Assembly: GCA_965213685.1 (NCBI GenBank)
Contig: CBDBZY010000064.1
Location: 736,001-800,000, forward strand
Direction of reading: 5' to 3'
Source: a bacterium
GTDB lineage: Bacteria; UBA8248
DNA length: 64,000 nt
The first letter of the stretch is position 1, and each line of letters begins with the position of its first letter. The notes beneath the pieces were generated by a model. That model made no database searches. It was not told where the DNA came from and saw nothing but the letters and a program-made list of their open reading frames with translations. The translations under genes and the position numbers were made by a program. Below, piece after piece: positions 31,307-44,929 of the stretch.

Positions 31307-32283
31307 TATATTTTGTCCATTTTTAAGATTGCATTTAATGCAATGCCATATTTATTTAGTGTGAGTTACACACTCCATTTCACCATAATGCACATGTGTG
31401 CACTCTACATAATTTTTGTGACCATAATCTTCATCCAAGCTAGTAAGTGCATATTTTGATTCACCATATCACACTTTGCAATGGCATACTCACCTCTGCT
31501 CATAGATGATTCACACAAATATATCTCATTTTGTGTTCAACAGTGTGAATTGCACACTCCATTTCACCACACTACACCTGCACACAATACACTAATTTCT
31601 GACCACAATCTTCATCCAAACTCATACATTGCAACTACAGACTTTGAATGTCACTCTATCACACTTGCAATGGTATACTCACCTTTGTGTATAGGTGATT
31701 CTTACACTATACTTTTGTGTTCAAGACAAACCCTCAATACGCTTATTATTGTATTTTTTGCAATATGTTTATTGTGAATATCTTCGTGTCCTTTCATATT
31801 ATTGTGAATATTTTCATGCCCTTTCACATTGTTTATTGAAACGTACGGCAGCATCACGTGCCCCTGCCCTCTTCCATGCCCCGTTAACCTGACGACATTC
31901 CTCTCTCCAATAAGGCAACGTGTGCGTGGGTGCAGAGCTAATGGCCCAGACAGCTAGTTCTCCTCCGCAGCTACAAGATTCTTGTATTCGGCGTATGTAC
32001 CATGTAGGCGTCTTGAACAGTTGCTGTGGCGACACGGCGAGTGCAGTAAAGTAAAACGGCAACAACTAGTGATTAGGCAGAAATCTACGTCTTTGCTAGT
32101 ATTAGCTATTACAGTAACTGGCGGATTCCTATAGCTACGAATTAATTGTTCTGTCCTTGAGGTAAGACTAGTGTGTGATAGAGCCATTGCGCAGATTAAC
32201 TGCGCCTCTGCCATTTTTTCGCTTGCAGAAATAATTAGCCTGCACTGTATGCGAGAGATATATACTAAGACCAATCACTGAGC

Positions 32284-34892
32284 ATGGCAGACAGCAGAGG
32301 ATCACCTGAGCACAGTGATGGACATAAGATGCTGAAGAAACCACCAGTAATGCCAAAACCTAAACATCAAGTGCAGATTGAAAACCACACCACAACAACA
32401 CCCAGTTTCCCATTCAATGCCACCCAGACACCACTTGTTCCCCCCAAGAGCCCAAAAGGGAGCGAAGAGGGCAGCAATGGCCACAGAAGGCCCATGCCTC
32501 CGCCTCGCTCTTCTTCCATACCAATAACAGAGGAAGACACCAACCTCACGAGTGGGAGCACTACAAATGAGCCATTACCAACTGCAGCCCATGTCTATCC
32601 CTCCCCTTCCTACAGTGTAGAATCGATGAACCTGTTCTCGCCCACGGCTGTATCTCCAGCCAGAATGACATGCATCTCCCAGGCTCTATCTCTTCAAGAG
32701 TTGGTTGAAAAGTATTCGCAGTCCTTCCCAATGCAAATCAAAGTTCTCCATGGCTTTAGTGGCCAAACCTCACAGCTCACTCTCTCCAGTGGAGATTACT
32801 ACAATATTCACTTCATGAAACGCCAGGAAGTTGTGTCCCTGAGGGATACATTGGGGTTCACCTACACAATCCCCCTCAATTCCGCCCTTCAGTTTGGTTT
32901 GGTCCAGAGTGAAGATGCCCACCTTCAAAAAGAGTATGATAGCCGGGTGTACGAAAAGGTCTCTGACCTGCTAGCTCTATCATCTCTACCCAAAGTAGTC
33001 TGTGCAACAAAAGACGTAAAAGCCAGCGATGACAAAAACACAATCAGAGCAGATGAAATTCTTGTAATCAAGCGTGCTTTCAAACCCAAATTACTTGGCA
33101 AGAGATCACTTGAAGTGCTCAGTCTCAAGACGCAGACAACAAAAGTCTTATCTCCTGATTGTGAAGGCTGCTTCTCACTCAGCCCTCAACGCAACAAGAT
33201 TTATTTGCTGGAATTTGTGAAATGCATACCAAATCCATTTCCTTGTCAAGCTCTAATTTTCATGAGTAATGACATCTCGACAACACTGCAGTGTATTTCA
33301 CCCTCCCTTCTCTCCGGTGTTGTGACCCTCACAGGACACAAGTGTGAGACGTCTCTCATTGCCTCCTCAGTCACATACACAGAAACTGAGGATCCAGGTC
33401 AGGTCGGTATTCAAGAGGCAGCAGTGGATATACCGGTTGATGAGCGATTGAGGGATGTAGAGGTGGCCATTGTTGAAACAGTAGATTTACGGCAACAGGA
33501 GAGGTTGTTTGATAAGACTCGAGACCTCTTTGAAAACTTCGATATCACAAGGGTGGCCAGTTGCTATGATGGCCCAAACGACAATGTCTACATTACACAG
33601 AGCCTTCTTTATGCCAGTACTGAGAGAGGTTCAGAGAAAGTAGGGGTTCAAGTGGATAAGCCTCTAGCTGCCTATGCTAAAACCACATCACCTGCGAGCC
33701 CAGATGGTACACAGAGAATGAAAAGTGAAGATGAAGTGTTGTATGAGAGTGTTCCCTCAATGGAAGGAGTTCCTACTACCACTCTAGACCTGCAGCCACA
33801 CTATGCAGCCGTTGGGCAATATGAGGAGCCTAGCTCAAGAATGTTGTTTGATGCACAGAAAGAAAGTTACCAACCAACATCATTTCCAAGCCAGACTCCT
33901 TATGGAGATGGCAATCCATGGGCTCATTATGACCAACTTCCATGTTTTTCTCGGCAAGTACCAACAGCTGGAATGCGACTCAGGCGCAGCCAATCGCAAG
34001 AAGTGATACCATCTACTGACCTACCAGACTATGAAGACATGCGGCCCCTCACTCCCTCACTGAGACGATTCCTCTCCTCCAGTGTACTTCCAGGAATTAG
34101 TTATCACAGGGAAACTGAAACAAAACTGGACAAGGTGGTGGCTACATCAAATGCTCTTGAATCTTCCATCAGAGATCTCTCAAAGAGAATGACCCGTATG
34201 GAGCATCAAGTAAGTGAAGTGATACGAATGAGCGCAATGATGAAGACCCTGTCAGAGGGAATGGCTGCTCTGAATTCTCAGATCAATCAGCTTCGTGGGG
34301 AACAAGGAGGGAGGGGGAAGGAAGTGATGAATGCTCGCTCCAATGATGAATCAAAACAAAAGAAGGATGATGAAAGTCGCCAGTATTTGGAGCAATTAGA
34401 TATGACCCAGGTATGCATTAAGTGGGTCGATATACCTGTTGTGCATTATGTAGTCCATTTTTGCTACCTTGGACCATCAAGCAATCAACAGGGCATATCT
34501 CATTTCAACCATAATTTGTACTTAGCTGCTAAACGAATTATGCAGTAGAGGTAGTAACTGTTATGCCAAACATCCATAGCAATGAATGACAGATATGAGT
34601 GCATCGCTGTCTACTACAATTATGACTTGAGTGACTACTTTGCTGTGTATAGCAATTTAATCTGCTACCTTCTTTTCCTTAGATGGAAAAACTCTTGGAT
34701 GCCATGGGTCTTATGCAGTACAAAGAGATCTTCCATCGTGAACACATAACTGGAAAGCTTTTGCTGCAGTGCAGTGAAGAGATGCTGGAGAAGGAACTTG
34801 GCATGGAAAAGAAACTGCATCGCATGAGGCTAATGGAAGTTATTAGTGGCCAGCAGTCTGCTAAAGACCTTTTGACTGGAATTTTTAATTAA
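32284..34892 (+). CDS. CABIT-coiled coil-SAM adaptor-like protein, paralog 3, ~778 aa; exons 32284-34410, 34683-34892
   Basis: SLQELVEKYSQSFPMQIKVLHGF..LSSGDYYNIHF..IPLNSALQFG..LSPDCEGCF; donor CAG|gtatgc at 34410, acceptor ttttccttag|ATG at 34683; SAM MEKLLDAMGLMQYKEIFHREHITGKLLL..LGMEKKLHRMRL. Confidence 0.9.
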
Positions 34893-35117
34893 TTCTGTTA
34901 TTTGCTACCCTTACATACATAACCTAGAATGACTTAAATTAGACTTATACATGTAGTTGTGCTGCAATGTTTGTGCAATATGATGTACCCAAACAAGTTC
35001 TAATAATATTTTGCATAAATTGGTGATTGGTTCATAGAAGGGAAACGAGATAGCTGCTGCAATAGAAAAATTGCTTTGTAAGGCATAGCGCACTCTTGCT
35101 CTCCCTCCCCTCCCCTC

Positions 35118-35157
<40 letters not shown>

Positions 35158-35678
35158 GAACCAGATCAGCCTGCACGTGAGTATGGGGCAGAAAAATTTG
35201 AAAAGAGTACTAGCCCCCACGTGATTGTTGGGTTTGTGGCGCGCACTCGCTGCATACCTGAAACCGCAGCATGGCAGTAGCATATACCTATAATCTATGG
35301 CAGTAGCAAGCCAGCCCTATTTACCTCCCAATCAAAAAATACGGCTAGACTGCCAGGCTAATAACGCTACGCGTCTGCCAGCAGTTAACTTGGGAAAAGG
35401 GTACGCGGCGCGGCGGCGCACGGCGTGGTCACGTGCACCAAGTGCACTTAAATACTTAGCATAATAGCAGTACAGGTACAGAAGAGGAGGGTGTGATTGG
35501 TAGATTTAGAGTGCCGCCTGTAAGTTTTACTTATAGCATAGCCGAATATTGGATGGCTCTAGTGCAGAGTACATCTATGCACGCGCCGTGTATTATGTAT
35601 TTCACCGCCTTACTATACTATAGCCAACATGATACTTTCCTACGTGCAGGTAAACTGACATCTACACTATAAACTGCT

Positions 35679-38332
35679 ATGGCTGAACGACGAGAACATT
35701 GTCCACTACCACCTAACTCCCCTGTACTCAGCTCTGACAAACCAGGCAAAGGTGACACCAGCTCTGTGCCGCCAAAGGTACCTCCAAGACCAGGCAGACA
35801 GAACAAGGATGAGTCCAGAAGTAAGGTACGAGTACTTTCACACTCCCACTCTGTAGCCACTGAACCAATCCCAGTTTCTAAGCGATCTAAACTGACAAAG
35901 GCAAATTCACTATCAACATCTGCTCTCCCGGGAGCAGAAAAACGCCTGCTAGAGGAGCCACTACAGTCCAGTCACCTACATGCATCTGAGGTGACATTGC
36001 AACAACTGGCCAAAGACTTCTCTCAGTCTTTCCCACTACGAATCAAGGTGCTTTATGGTTACAGTGGCCCCTTCTCAGAAGTCACCATTTCAACAGATGA
36101 CTTCTACGATGTGCACTTTCTCAAAGCTCAGAAGGTTGTGGTTGCCACAGATTCCCAAGGAGAGGCGTACACTATTCCCCTCAACACCCCCCTGCAATTT
36201 GGGTTGTTGTACAGTGGCAATGTGGGCAAGAAGCAGAATGAGGAGAAGACATATGCCAGGGTTTCTGACATCCTTGCAGTAACGCCACTGCCCAAAGTAA
36301 TCTGTGCCACCAAGAAATACGATGGAACCGACAAATCAAGTTCTGTGGAGGCCAATGAAATTATGGTGGTCAACCGCACCATCAAGTCCAAGCTATTAGG
36401 TAAAAAATCAATTGAAGTATTGAGCCTGCGGACAAAGTCAAAGAAAGTCTTGGGCTATGAGTGTGAGGGGATGTTTTCACTCAGTCCATCCAAAATCCGA
36501 TTGTACCTCCCAGAAATCACGCAATGCATTGATGATCCCTTTCCATGTCAAGTAATTCTTGAGAATGACAGGCTGTCCTCTACGCCTCAGTATATTCCAT
36601 CTTCATCACTGTCTGGTCCTGTGACACTCAGTGAAGTAAAAACACGAACTTCTCTTATTGTTTCTCCTGCTATCAATGAAGATGATCCGAGTTCTGTACT
36701 GACAAACATACTGGAGCTCCCAGCTGATGGTACGCTCTCCATGGTCAAGGTTACTATTGTACGAACATTTGAATACCAAGCAGAGAAATTAACCAACAAA
36801 ACCAGAGAGATTTATCAGTCGCTGGATCTATCACACACTGCTCTCTATCCGGCTGCACAGGATGATCAGGAATACACTGACCTACAATGGCTGCAGGAAG
36901 ACACAGATAATGAATATGTTACAGTTAATCTTAATGCAGTATCACCTCCAAGGGCTATCAATCAAGAGTCGCAGTGGAAAGGTAAAGAGTTCAATAGCAC
37001 TGGAGCAAAATATGACAGGATTGAATATCATGGCACCATGTATGCCACAGTTGATTTCAAACCTTCCCTCCCATCTCCGCCTGCAAATCTGCCTGAAAGT
37101 GGTGCTGTTTCTTCTCTACCTCACAGTCCTCATTCCAGTAAACCGGCGCCTCTCCCCCGCACACAGCTACCACTACAGAGCAGCAGGAAGCAAGACCAAA
37201 CGCACAGTTCTCCCACTGTACCCATCTCAAGTTCTCCTTTGTTGGAAAAGGACCCACCTTATGCAAGGATGCCTATGGAGACTCACTACAATCCTTCATC
37301 TCCCATCAGAGGCTTTCCCCTCCCGCTCCCTCGCAGGCAGAGCACTGGTGAAAAGGATAGATCAGCACTGGCATCACCATCAGAGTCAGTCTGTCGCACC
37401 AAACGTCCATCAACTGACATGCAGCCACAGTTGGATGGAGCATCTGGTACCTCCAATGGTGCAAACCATGGCCCACTGTACACCCACAATCATGGAGCTT
37501 CCTCAGATACCAAAGAAAAACCACACTACATGTATCCTCGCAATGTTCCTCTGTCAAGTTATTCAGAAGCAGCCAACATACCCGAGCCACACTACATGAG
37601 CCCTAAATCTCCAAGCCCCTCTATAGGAGCCAACACACCTGAGCATCTACATGTACATCCACCTGGGCCTCACTACATGAACCCTAAACCACATACACGC
37701 AAAGAGTTGTCTGCCACACCATTGTACAGCTCTGCTTGTGAAGTAAACACAACACGAGATAGATCCATTGAGCACTTCACGAATGCACTGCAGACTTTGA
37801 ATGCTCGAATGGCCAAGATTGAAGAAGATATTGAGAACATCAAGCAAAGGATTGGCCCATTGGAGGAGAGACGAGTACTGTTGGAAGGGCCTGGAACAAA
37901 AAACACGTCCTCAGAGCAAGCTGGTATTAAGTCTGACGTATTGGGCACTACTGAAGCCAATCGTGCTTTTCTTAATCAATTGGATGTTGAAGGGGTGAGT
38001 AATGCACTCAGACACAACATAATACAAAGGTCTACTAGATTCATTGACATTTGAATTTGGTTGCATATTGAGGCCAGAATTTGATGTACATGTACGTGAC
38101 AGTCCCCCCCCCCCCCCACACCACACAGGTACAGAGGCTCCTTCAAGCCATGAATCTGACACAGTATCAATCTTCATTCGCCAAGGAGCAGGTTTGCGGG
38201 ATGGTCCTAGGCCAGTGCAGCAAGGAAATGTTGAAAGATGAACTTGGCATAGACAAGACCCTCCATCTCAAGAGACTTGCTATGGTCATCACTGGCCAGC
38301 TATCGGCAAGAGACATCTTGACCACACGATGA
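35679..38332 (+). CDS. CABIT-coiled coil-SAM adaptor-like protein, paralog 4, ~839 aa; exons 35679-37994, 38129-38332
   Basis: TLQQLAKDFSQSFPLRIKVLYGY..ISTDDFYDVHF..IPLNTPLQFG..LGYECEGMF; donor GGG|gtgagt at 37994, acceptor cacacag|GTA at 38129; SAM VQRLLQAMNLTQYQSSFAKEQVCGMVL..LGIDKTLHLKRL. Confidence 0.9.
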
Positions 38333-38954
38333 ATAACTTTACACAGCGTCATGATGGCCATCACCAAGTATATACATACATGTACATGTATATTTGAACT
38401 ATACGGTGTGCTTCTGTATATCGGACATACATGTATATTAGTACACAAGCCACAACCAACTACTACAGGTGGGTATGAGGGACTCACACTCACACAAGCC
38501 CTAGTGGAACACACAGAGTCATGCACTGAAATATAACACATGAAACTCCTTACATATATGTAAAAATTAAGCAATATAAAGAAGGGGTGGTATGATCTAA
38601 TGCATGGAAGCAGGCATGGGGGAAGGTGCTGAGAGCAAGGAGCACCACACAAAGGCACTACCTTAGAGGAGACAAGGAGCTCCTCTTCAGGTAAGAAACA
38701 AGACACAAACACATTGATGCATTAAGGACACTAAGTACGTTTTGGACCTAATGGGCACATTTGTTGGCTTGTACGAAAATGGAAAATTCCTTGAAAACAT
38801 TTGCATTATGAATTAGCCTTGACAGTCACAAACCACTATGAGTACACATGTACGTGCGTTAAGAAGTTAATACAGCACAACAATTTAAGAGATTACACAA
38901 ATTGGCAAGAAATGGACACAAAACACTTCTCATCTCGTGCTGGACCTGAGGTGT

Positions 38955-41900
38955 TTAAAACTCATATGGATTCTGTCCCTCTAGGATGTTCTTAGCCGAG
39001 TGATGTCCATCAACTACTTTCATGAGCCGGATTCGGTGAATCTTGGAGGTGACGCCTAGTTCCTTCTCTAAGTCCATTTCATTGCACTCTAGAAGGATCT
39101 CACCAGAGATCATCTCTTTGGCAAATGCAGCCTTGTACTGGCTGAGATTCATTGCTGACAGCAGGTCTAGGACCTGTGTGTATGTGTGTGTGTGTGTGTG
39201 TGCAAGTGAGCATATGAAATGGAAACAATAATGTATAGTAAAGGTTGTGCCAGTGGACATGTTATGTACAGATCACACCTTTTGTGCTAATACATGTAAG
39301 TCAACTACATTAACTGCCCAGCACACTGCCGATTGAGTAGCAACAAGTGTATAGATGACTACACTTACTAGCCAGGATCGTTCCTAAGCATGACTGTCAT
39401 GTGCAAGAATCGACTTCCTTCATGCGGCTTTTAGACCACGATACATGCACACATACATGTACATGTACATGTATCCTTGGAACTAAAGAAAGGTCATCTA
39501 AGAAGGGCTTAATGCTACGTGTACATCAACATAACCTTCTAAACATGGCCTATACATGTACGCTTTTATGCATTCTTATACATGCTACATGTACTTTGGT
39601 CAGTGGTGCATTCACTCACAGTGGTCAGAGTCATGTTCCTAACAAACTGCTTGTTTGCTGCAATGATTTCTGGTGGCACACTAGAACAATCGACTGCAGC
39701 AGTGTCAGTGCCAGGCATGAGGGACACGGCTCCAGGCGTAGGCTGTCCACCTGGAAACATGTGAACATAGGAGGAGAGAGGCGGCTGAGCTGACAGTCCA
39801 GGATATGGTGCAAAGGGCACTTGTGATGGCAGCTGTGTTGCAGTGACTTGGGGCTGATACTGTTCGTGCAGCCACTGCTGAGGTGGGGGGGAGAAGGTCT
39901 GCCGGTGCTTCGGAGAAAACAAGCTGACAGGGGAACTATGAAGTGGCGAGCTACTAGACGCCATAAACATCTCACGTGCTTCGTCATCAATCATTTCATA
40001 AACATGATCATCAGAAGAATCAGAGTTGTAATCCTCTTCCTTCAACTGCGTCAAAGGCTGGTTCTTCGACGCTGATCCTTTACCTGTGGACCCTTTTGTT
40101 GCAGCTCCCTTTTCCTCTTTTATTTTCCCAGACCATGAAATCTCATAAGTAGCTCTTTTTCCCCCTTTTTTCTTTCCAGATCCCACACTCTTAGTAGCTT
40201 CTCTCTGTTTTGCGTCGCCACCATCCACACTTCCATATGCACCGTCTGTTTCCTTCTTTGTCTTCTTAGACTCCACCCTGTCGTACACTGCTTGTGATGT
40301 GCGGAGCTCCACCCCTGCCTTCCCGAGGTCCGACCGCACTGCCATGTAGAAAACTGACTGTGCGTCATTGATCTTGTCCGAGCCCTTGTCCAACAGTACC
40401 ATGTAATGTCGGGGGTTGTACTCTGCCAAAATAGCCTGGGTGTTCATGTAGAGCTTCTCTGTCTCCTTTTCGCTGGGTGCTTCCAGGATCTCTGCCTCCA
40501 GCTCCCCAAGATGGCTGTCTAGTGGGATCTCCAGTAGCTGAGAGACACGGCTGGCCTTCTCTTGGGGTGCCATCTCATAGCGCTCATCAGATGGGTCAGC
40601 TGTGCTAGCGATGATGGCAGGAGAGGTGGCAGCCAGGGCAACTTCCATTGTCACATTGATGAGTGTAATCGGCTTCTTGAAGAGAGCCTTGGGAATATTA
40701 CGGAAAACAGGAGACTCATAGTCACTCTCAGAGGTCAGAAACATCATTGCTCGGCAAGGGAGGACATTTTTGAGCTTGTTGGCAAACTCCAAAACATGGA
40801 TTTGGGTGCGTTCAGGAGCTACGGAGAAATTGCCTCGGCAATCTGCAGGAAGTAGCTTCTTGCACTCTGCCTGTATGCTGTAGCATTTGAGCGCTTTCCT
40901 GTGCTTCAAAGCTGGCTTGTAAACACCCTTTATGATCAGGATTTCATCTCTCCTCACGGTCAACTTGTCCCCTTTGCCCCCGAATGATGTACATGAGGCA
41001 CACACTACTTTGGGCAGGGTCTTCAGCGCAAGGAGATCTGCAACTGTTTCAAACACCGTGTTTGTCTCCTGCTCGGGTTTCTTGTTACCCTTTCCTTTCT
41101 GTGTGGGGCTCTTGACAGCACCAGGTGTCTCCTCCTGATCTGGATCGTAGATAATCCCAAACTTGATGGCTGAGTTGAGTGGAATGGTGTACACAGTGCC
41201 CACGGAGTCGCGCGTTGTCATGACCTTGGTGTGCTTAGTGAAGTGGACATTGAAAACATCAGATGCAGAGAGGGTGAAACGATTCGTCTGGCCATAGTAG
41301 CCATCAAGGAGGTGGATCTTGATGGGGAACTTGTCTGACTGTGTTTCGGCAAGTTGTGCCAATGTCATCTTCTCCCCAGTTGGCCGCCAGTTGAGTTCCG
41401 CTGGAGAGGGCATGGAAGACATGCCCGGAACAGTCTTTGCTCGAGGTCTTGGTTTAGGTGGGAGGGGCTTGACAGGGTTTGTGTCCAGCGATGCTTGTTT
41501 CTGGAAGCACTCATTGATGCGGTTGGGCAGAGGAGGTGGGGTTTCAGTGGCTGGGCTGTTTGACTCTGCTTCATCCTCCAACTTCATCCCCTGCTTGGAG
41601 GTAGGCAGTTTCACTAAAGCTGTCGATGGCGGCACTGACACCTCTGCCCCTTCCTTCCCTGACTGCTCTGAAGTGCCTTCAGGTGCTTGCTCCACAGCCA
41701 CTCCTCCCACAGCCTCACTGCGGGGCATAGACTGGGGCACCTCCTTAGGGAACGTGGGCACATAATTCTTTGGTTTCTGAGCTACTGGTGGCAGTTGTGG
41801 TTTAGCTGGTGAATCATGCGATGAGGTGTCCCCTGTGGCTGGCTTTGTTGTTAGTGATACAGTCTGGTAGTTTGAGCGTGGTTTGGGGACTGGCTTGGGT

Positions 41901-42148
41901 CTGTCTGCGGACTCTGGAGCCAGTGGAGGGGAGGGGGATGTTATACCGCTATCTGGACTGAGTGTACCACTGGTGACTGTTTCATTTGCCACAGTGGAGG
42001 GGCTGGAGGAAGGGGAATGAGGAGTCGAGTGGGTGAGTGTGATGGGGGAGGAGGGAAGGGTAGTGGGATTAAGTGTGGAGGATTGCTGCTGCTCCATCAC
42101 AGTAAAAGGCACGTATTTGTATTCCTTGGGTGGACCAGTCTGTGACAT
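38955..42148 (-). CDS. CABIT-SAM adaptor-like protein, paralog 5, ~915 aa; exons 42148-39620, 39173-38955
   Basis: TLAQLAETQSDKFPIKIHLLDGYY..LSASDVFNVHF..IPLNSAIKFG..LKCYS..LLPADCRGNF; donor ACT|gtgagt, acceptor cacacag|GTC; SAM VLDLLSAMNLSQYKAAFAKEMISGEILL..LGVTSKIHRIRL. Confidence 0.9.
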
Positions 42149-42234
42149 GGCGAGACTGCAGACGAAGGAACAAACAGAGTAAGCAGCTCAGCCATGTCCA
42201 TTACAGTGAATACAGAGATAACATGTGAGCGAGT

Positions 42235-42286
42235 TAGCCTCGTACCCAGTCCCCTCCCATGCAAATAGAGCCTGGGAATGAGGCTA
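42235..42286. mobile_element. TAG...CTA palindromic mini-element
   Basis: tagcctcgtacccag...ctgggaatgaggcta; TSD decayed. Confidence 0.65.
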
Positions 42287-44755
42287 ATGAACAAGGTATG
42301 TCAAATGCAAGTCCCAATGGTGCAAAGCACCCAACAAGTAGTTAACTCTGCAAATGTACCAAAGTGATCACCTGGATGTTGCTGGTGTTTCTGGCACATG
42401 GCTACATGCCAGCAAGTGCATGAATCATTGCAATATCAAGCAAAGCAATTATTTTGCTGAGTTGGTTTGAAATGTACCTACACAGTAGCTTGACAGTGCT
42501 AGGAATGACATTTGAGTCGTTTGCAGGTGCCCTTGCTCTCAGGCTCCATCACTGCACACAGTTCTTTCACTTACATGTACCTTGCAGTGCTGAGTTGATG
42601 GAACCTTCACCTGCCAAGAACAAACATAGTGGGAAGAGTTCCATCAACTTATGCACTCTAAGGTGAGTGAAGTAACTGTCCGGATGTCCAAGAGGGCATA
42701 AGAGAGAGGGGGGGAGTAAGAGCGTGTAACTACCCAACAAGCCTGTAGTACAGACGAAATCCTTGGGCTGTACTAAAAATAACATGAAGCCATCTGTGGT
42801 TTCCTGTGGTAAGTAGGTGTTAAAATAACATTGTCAGTGCAAGCGCGTATACGTATAAGAACGCAGGACGTGATTATGCAACGCAATGTAACAGAGAGAC
42901 CGCAAAGCTGATAAGAAAACGCGCGTTTTCGACCGTTCTAAATATAGTACTGGCGGGGGATTTCGCCCTGCCTTGCAGAAGCCATAGTTACACGCTCTTA
43001 CTCCCCCCCTCGCTCTCATGCGCTCTTGGATGTCACATGAGTGTTGATTTTCTGGCACCTTCATATTGCAATGTGGACAGTTCTTTTCAGTATAAAGTTT
43101 GCAGCAGTGCTTTCAATGTGTCATTGAGGTGATGCAAATATAGTGTAGACACACACTGTAGTAAGGATGGCAGGTCAAAACTACAGGACGACAGTACACA
43201 AACAAGGTAGGGCATATAAAACATTACACAGCTACATCTCCCATATAAAAAATGAATGCTATACACAAGAAGTCACTTAAACAGGACTACATACTGTCTG
43301 ATAGAATGTAAGTATTGGTGCTGCATCCAAGGTACATGTACATACATGTGCACATGTACATGTATAGGTGCTTGAATGCAACTCCCTGCTACTGTACTCT
43401 GGAAGGCATGGGATGGGGCCTTGAGCAAGACTCCAGCCTGACAATATGGCTTCACAGTACCAACATGCCAAGAGAGTTGAAGTCTAGATTTGCAGAATAC
43501 ATCACAACTCTGCACTATACACATGTACTGTACATGTACATGTACATACAGACAGACACAAGTCTATTGTCTATTTCAGTTCACTTTGCCAGTTTAAATT
43601 TCACAATAACTGCCTTAAAAATAGATGAATTTTCAAACTTTTTGAACGCACTAACAGTACATCAGCTGGGAGTTTACAGCTCCATTCCATGCCAGTCAAA
43701 AGTTAGCTGTATGTGCCATAAGCAAAGTATAGGGAAGCCATTGACCACGAAGAATGTATTCTGCGTGTGCACACACTACGCATTACTTGGTCGTGCGTGA
43801 GTGAACAGTAACAAGATGGCTACCATGCACCAGTGACCACATGTTTACGAAGAGAAAGCAAAGGTTGTAGACATCAAGCCAAAAGTTTGCAGTGCATAAA
43901 CCTTGCAGAAAAAGCTGTGTGTACGCACGTGCACATAATTAGGCGCGTGCCAGCTCTTACATACCACAAACATTCTCTTAATTAAATAATGACATGCCTC
44001 TTATGTTACACAATGTGTGCACTGACCTCTGGTGGCAAGGTGAACTCAAATGGACATTAGTATCTGGAGCACACAGGTTAGAGGGAAATACTACACATAA
44101 TTATGGCATTACTGTAGCATAACCAGTACTACTAGTAAAATGTAGGACATTGGGAGCAAGCGTGGGCGAGAGCTGGGTCTGAAATTATGTTCAAAAGTTG
44201 CCCTATTATTCCGTAAAATATATTATCCTTTTTGAGCACACCTACTATTCACAATTATTATAATTGACTTGAAAGAGATGATAAAATGTCATGACAACCT
44301 CCCAAGCATTCTATCACTGTAACACAGTACACTCAACTAAATACTCTTGTCCTATCTATTATCATACTGCAGCATCACTGATGGTTGTATGCAGTCCTCC
44401 AAAGCTGACTCTTTTTGTGAACAGAAAGTGTTTGGCAGATATGAAAGTATATGTTCAGATAATATAGCAGATGAGTAATTCTTACTTTTTAATCTACATG
44501 TATTAGTCTAGCATAATTATTGATGCTCCAAGCTGCCTGTCATTCTTAAAACTATGCTAGCATAATATCACAAGGCTTAGTGAAAGCAATGTGTGTGAGA
44601 GAAACCATGTATAGCAATACAGATGGTGGCTGTTGCAGCTTCGAGTTGTCAACCACAAAGCTCAGTAGAGAATACTTTCAGTGACATTATTGCCGAGCGC
44701 CTTAGTGTGAGGCATATAATCGCGCAGTGTGGGCTTTGATCTCACCTTGAGTTTC

Positions 44756-44812
44756 TATGTATGTATGTATGTATGTATGTATGTATGTATGTATGTATGT
44801 ATGTATGTATAT
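44756..44812. repeat. (TATG)n microsatellite
   Basis: About 13 perfect tatg units. Confidence 0.95.
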
Positions 44813-44929
44813 ACGTACATACTTCCGGTGTCACACGTGTCTGTGTTCATGCACGTACGTATGCATCAGCCACCGCCTCCAAGCTGAAAGAGAAGCTGCC
44901 CAGGAACCTTCAGAGAGTTCTAGAAACAT

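Noticed and set aside
32284-34410. First coding exons of paralogs 2 and 3 are both 2127 nt
   Set aside because: The linkers are unalignable and the paralog 2 start is inferred; most likely coincidence
36862-37599. 245-aa alternative-frame ORF overlapping paralog 4
   Set aside because: No recognisable motif; expected by chance in Pro/Ser-rich coding sequence
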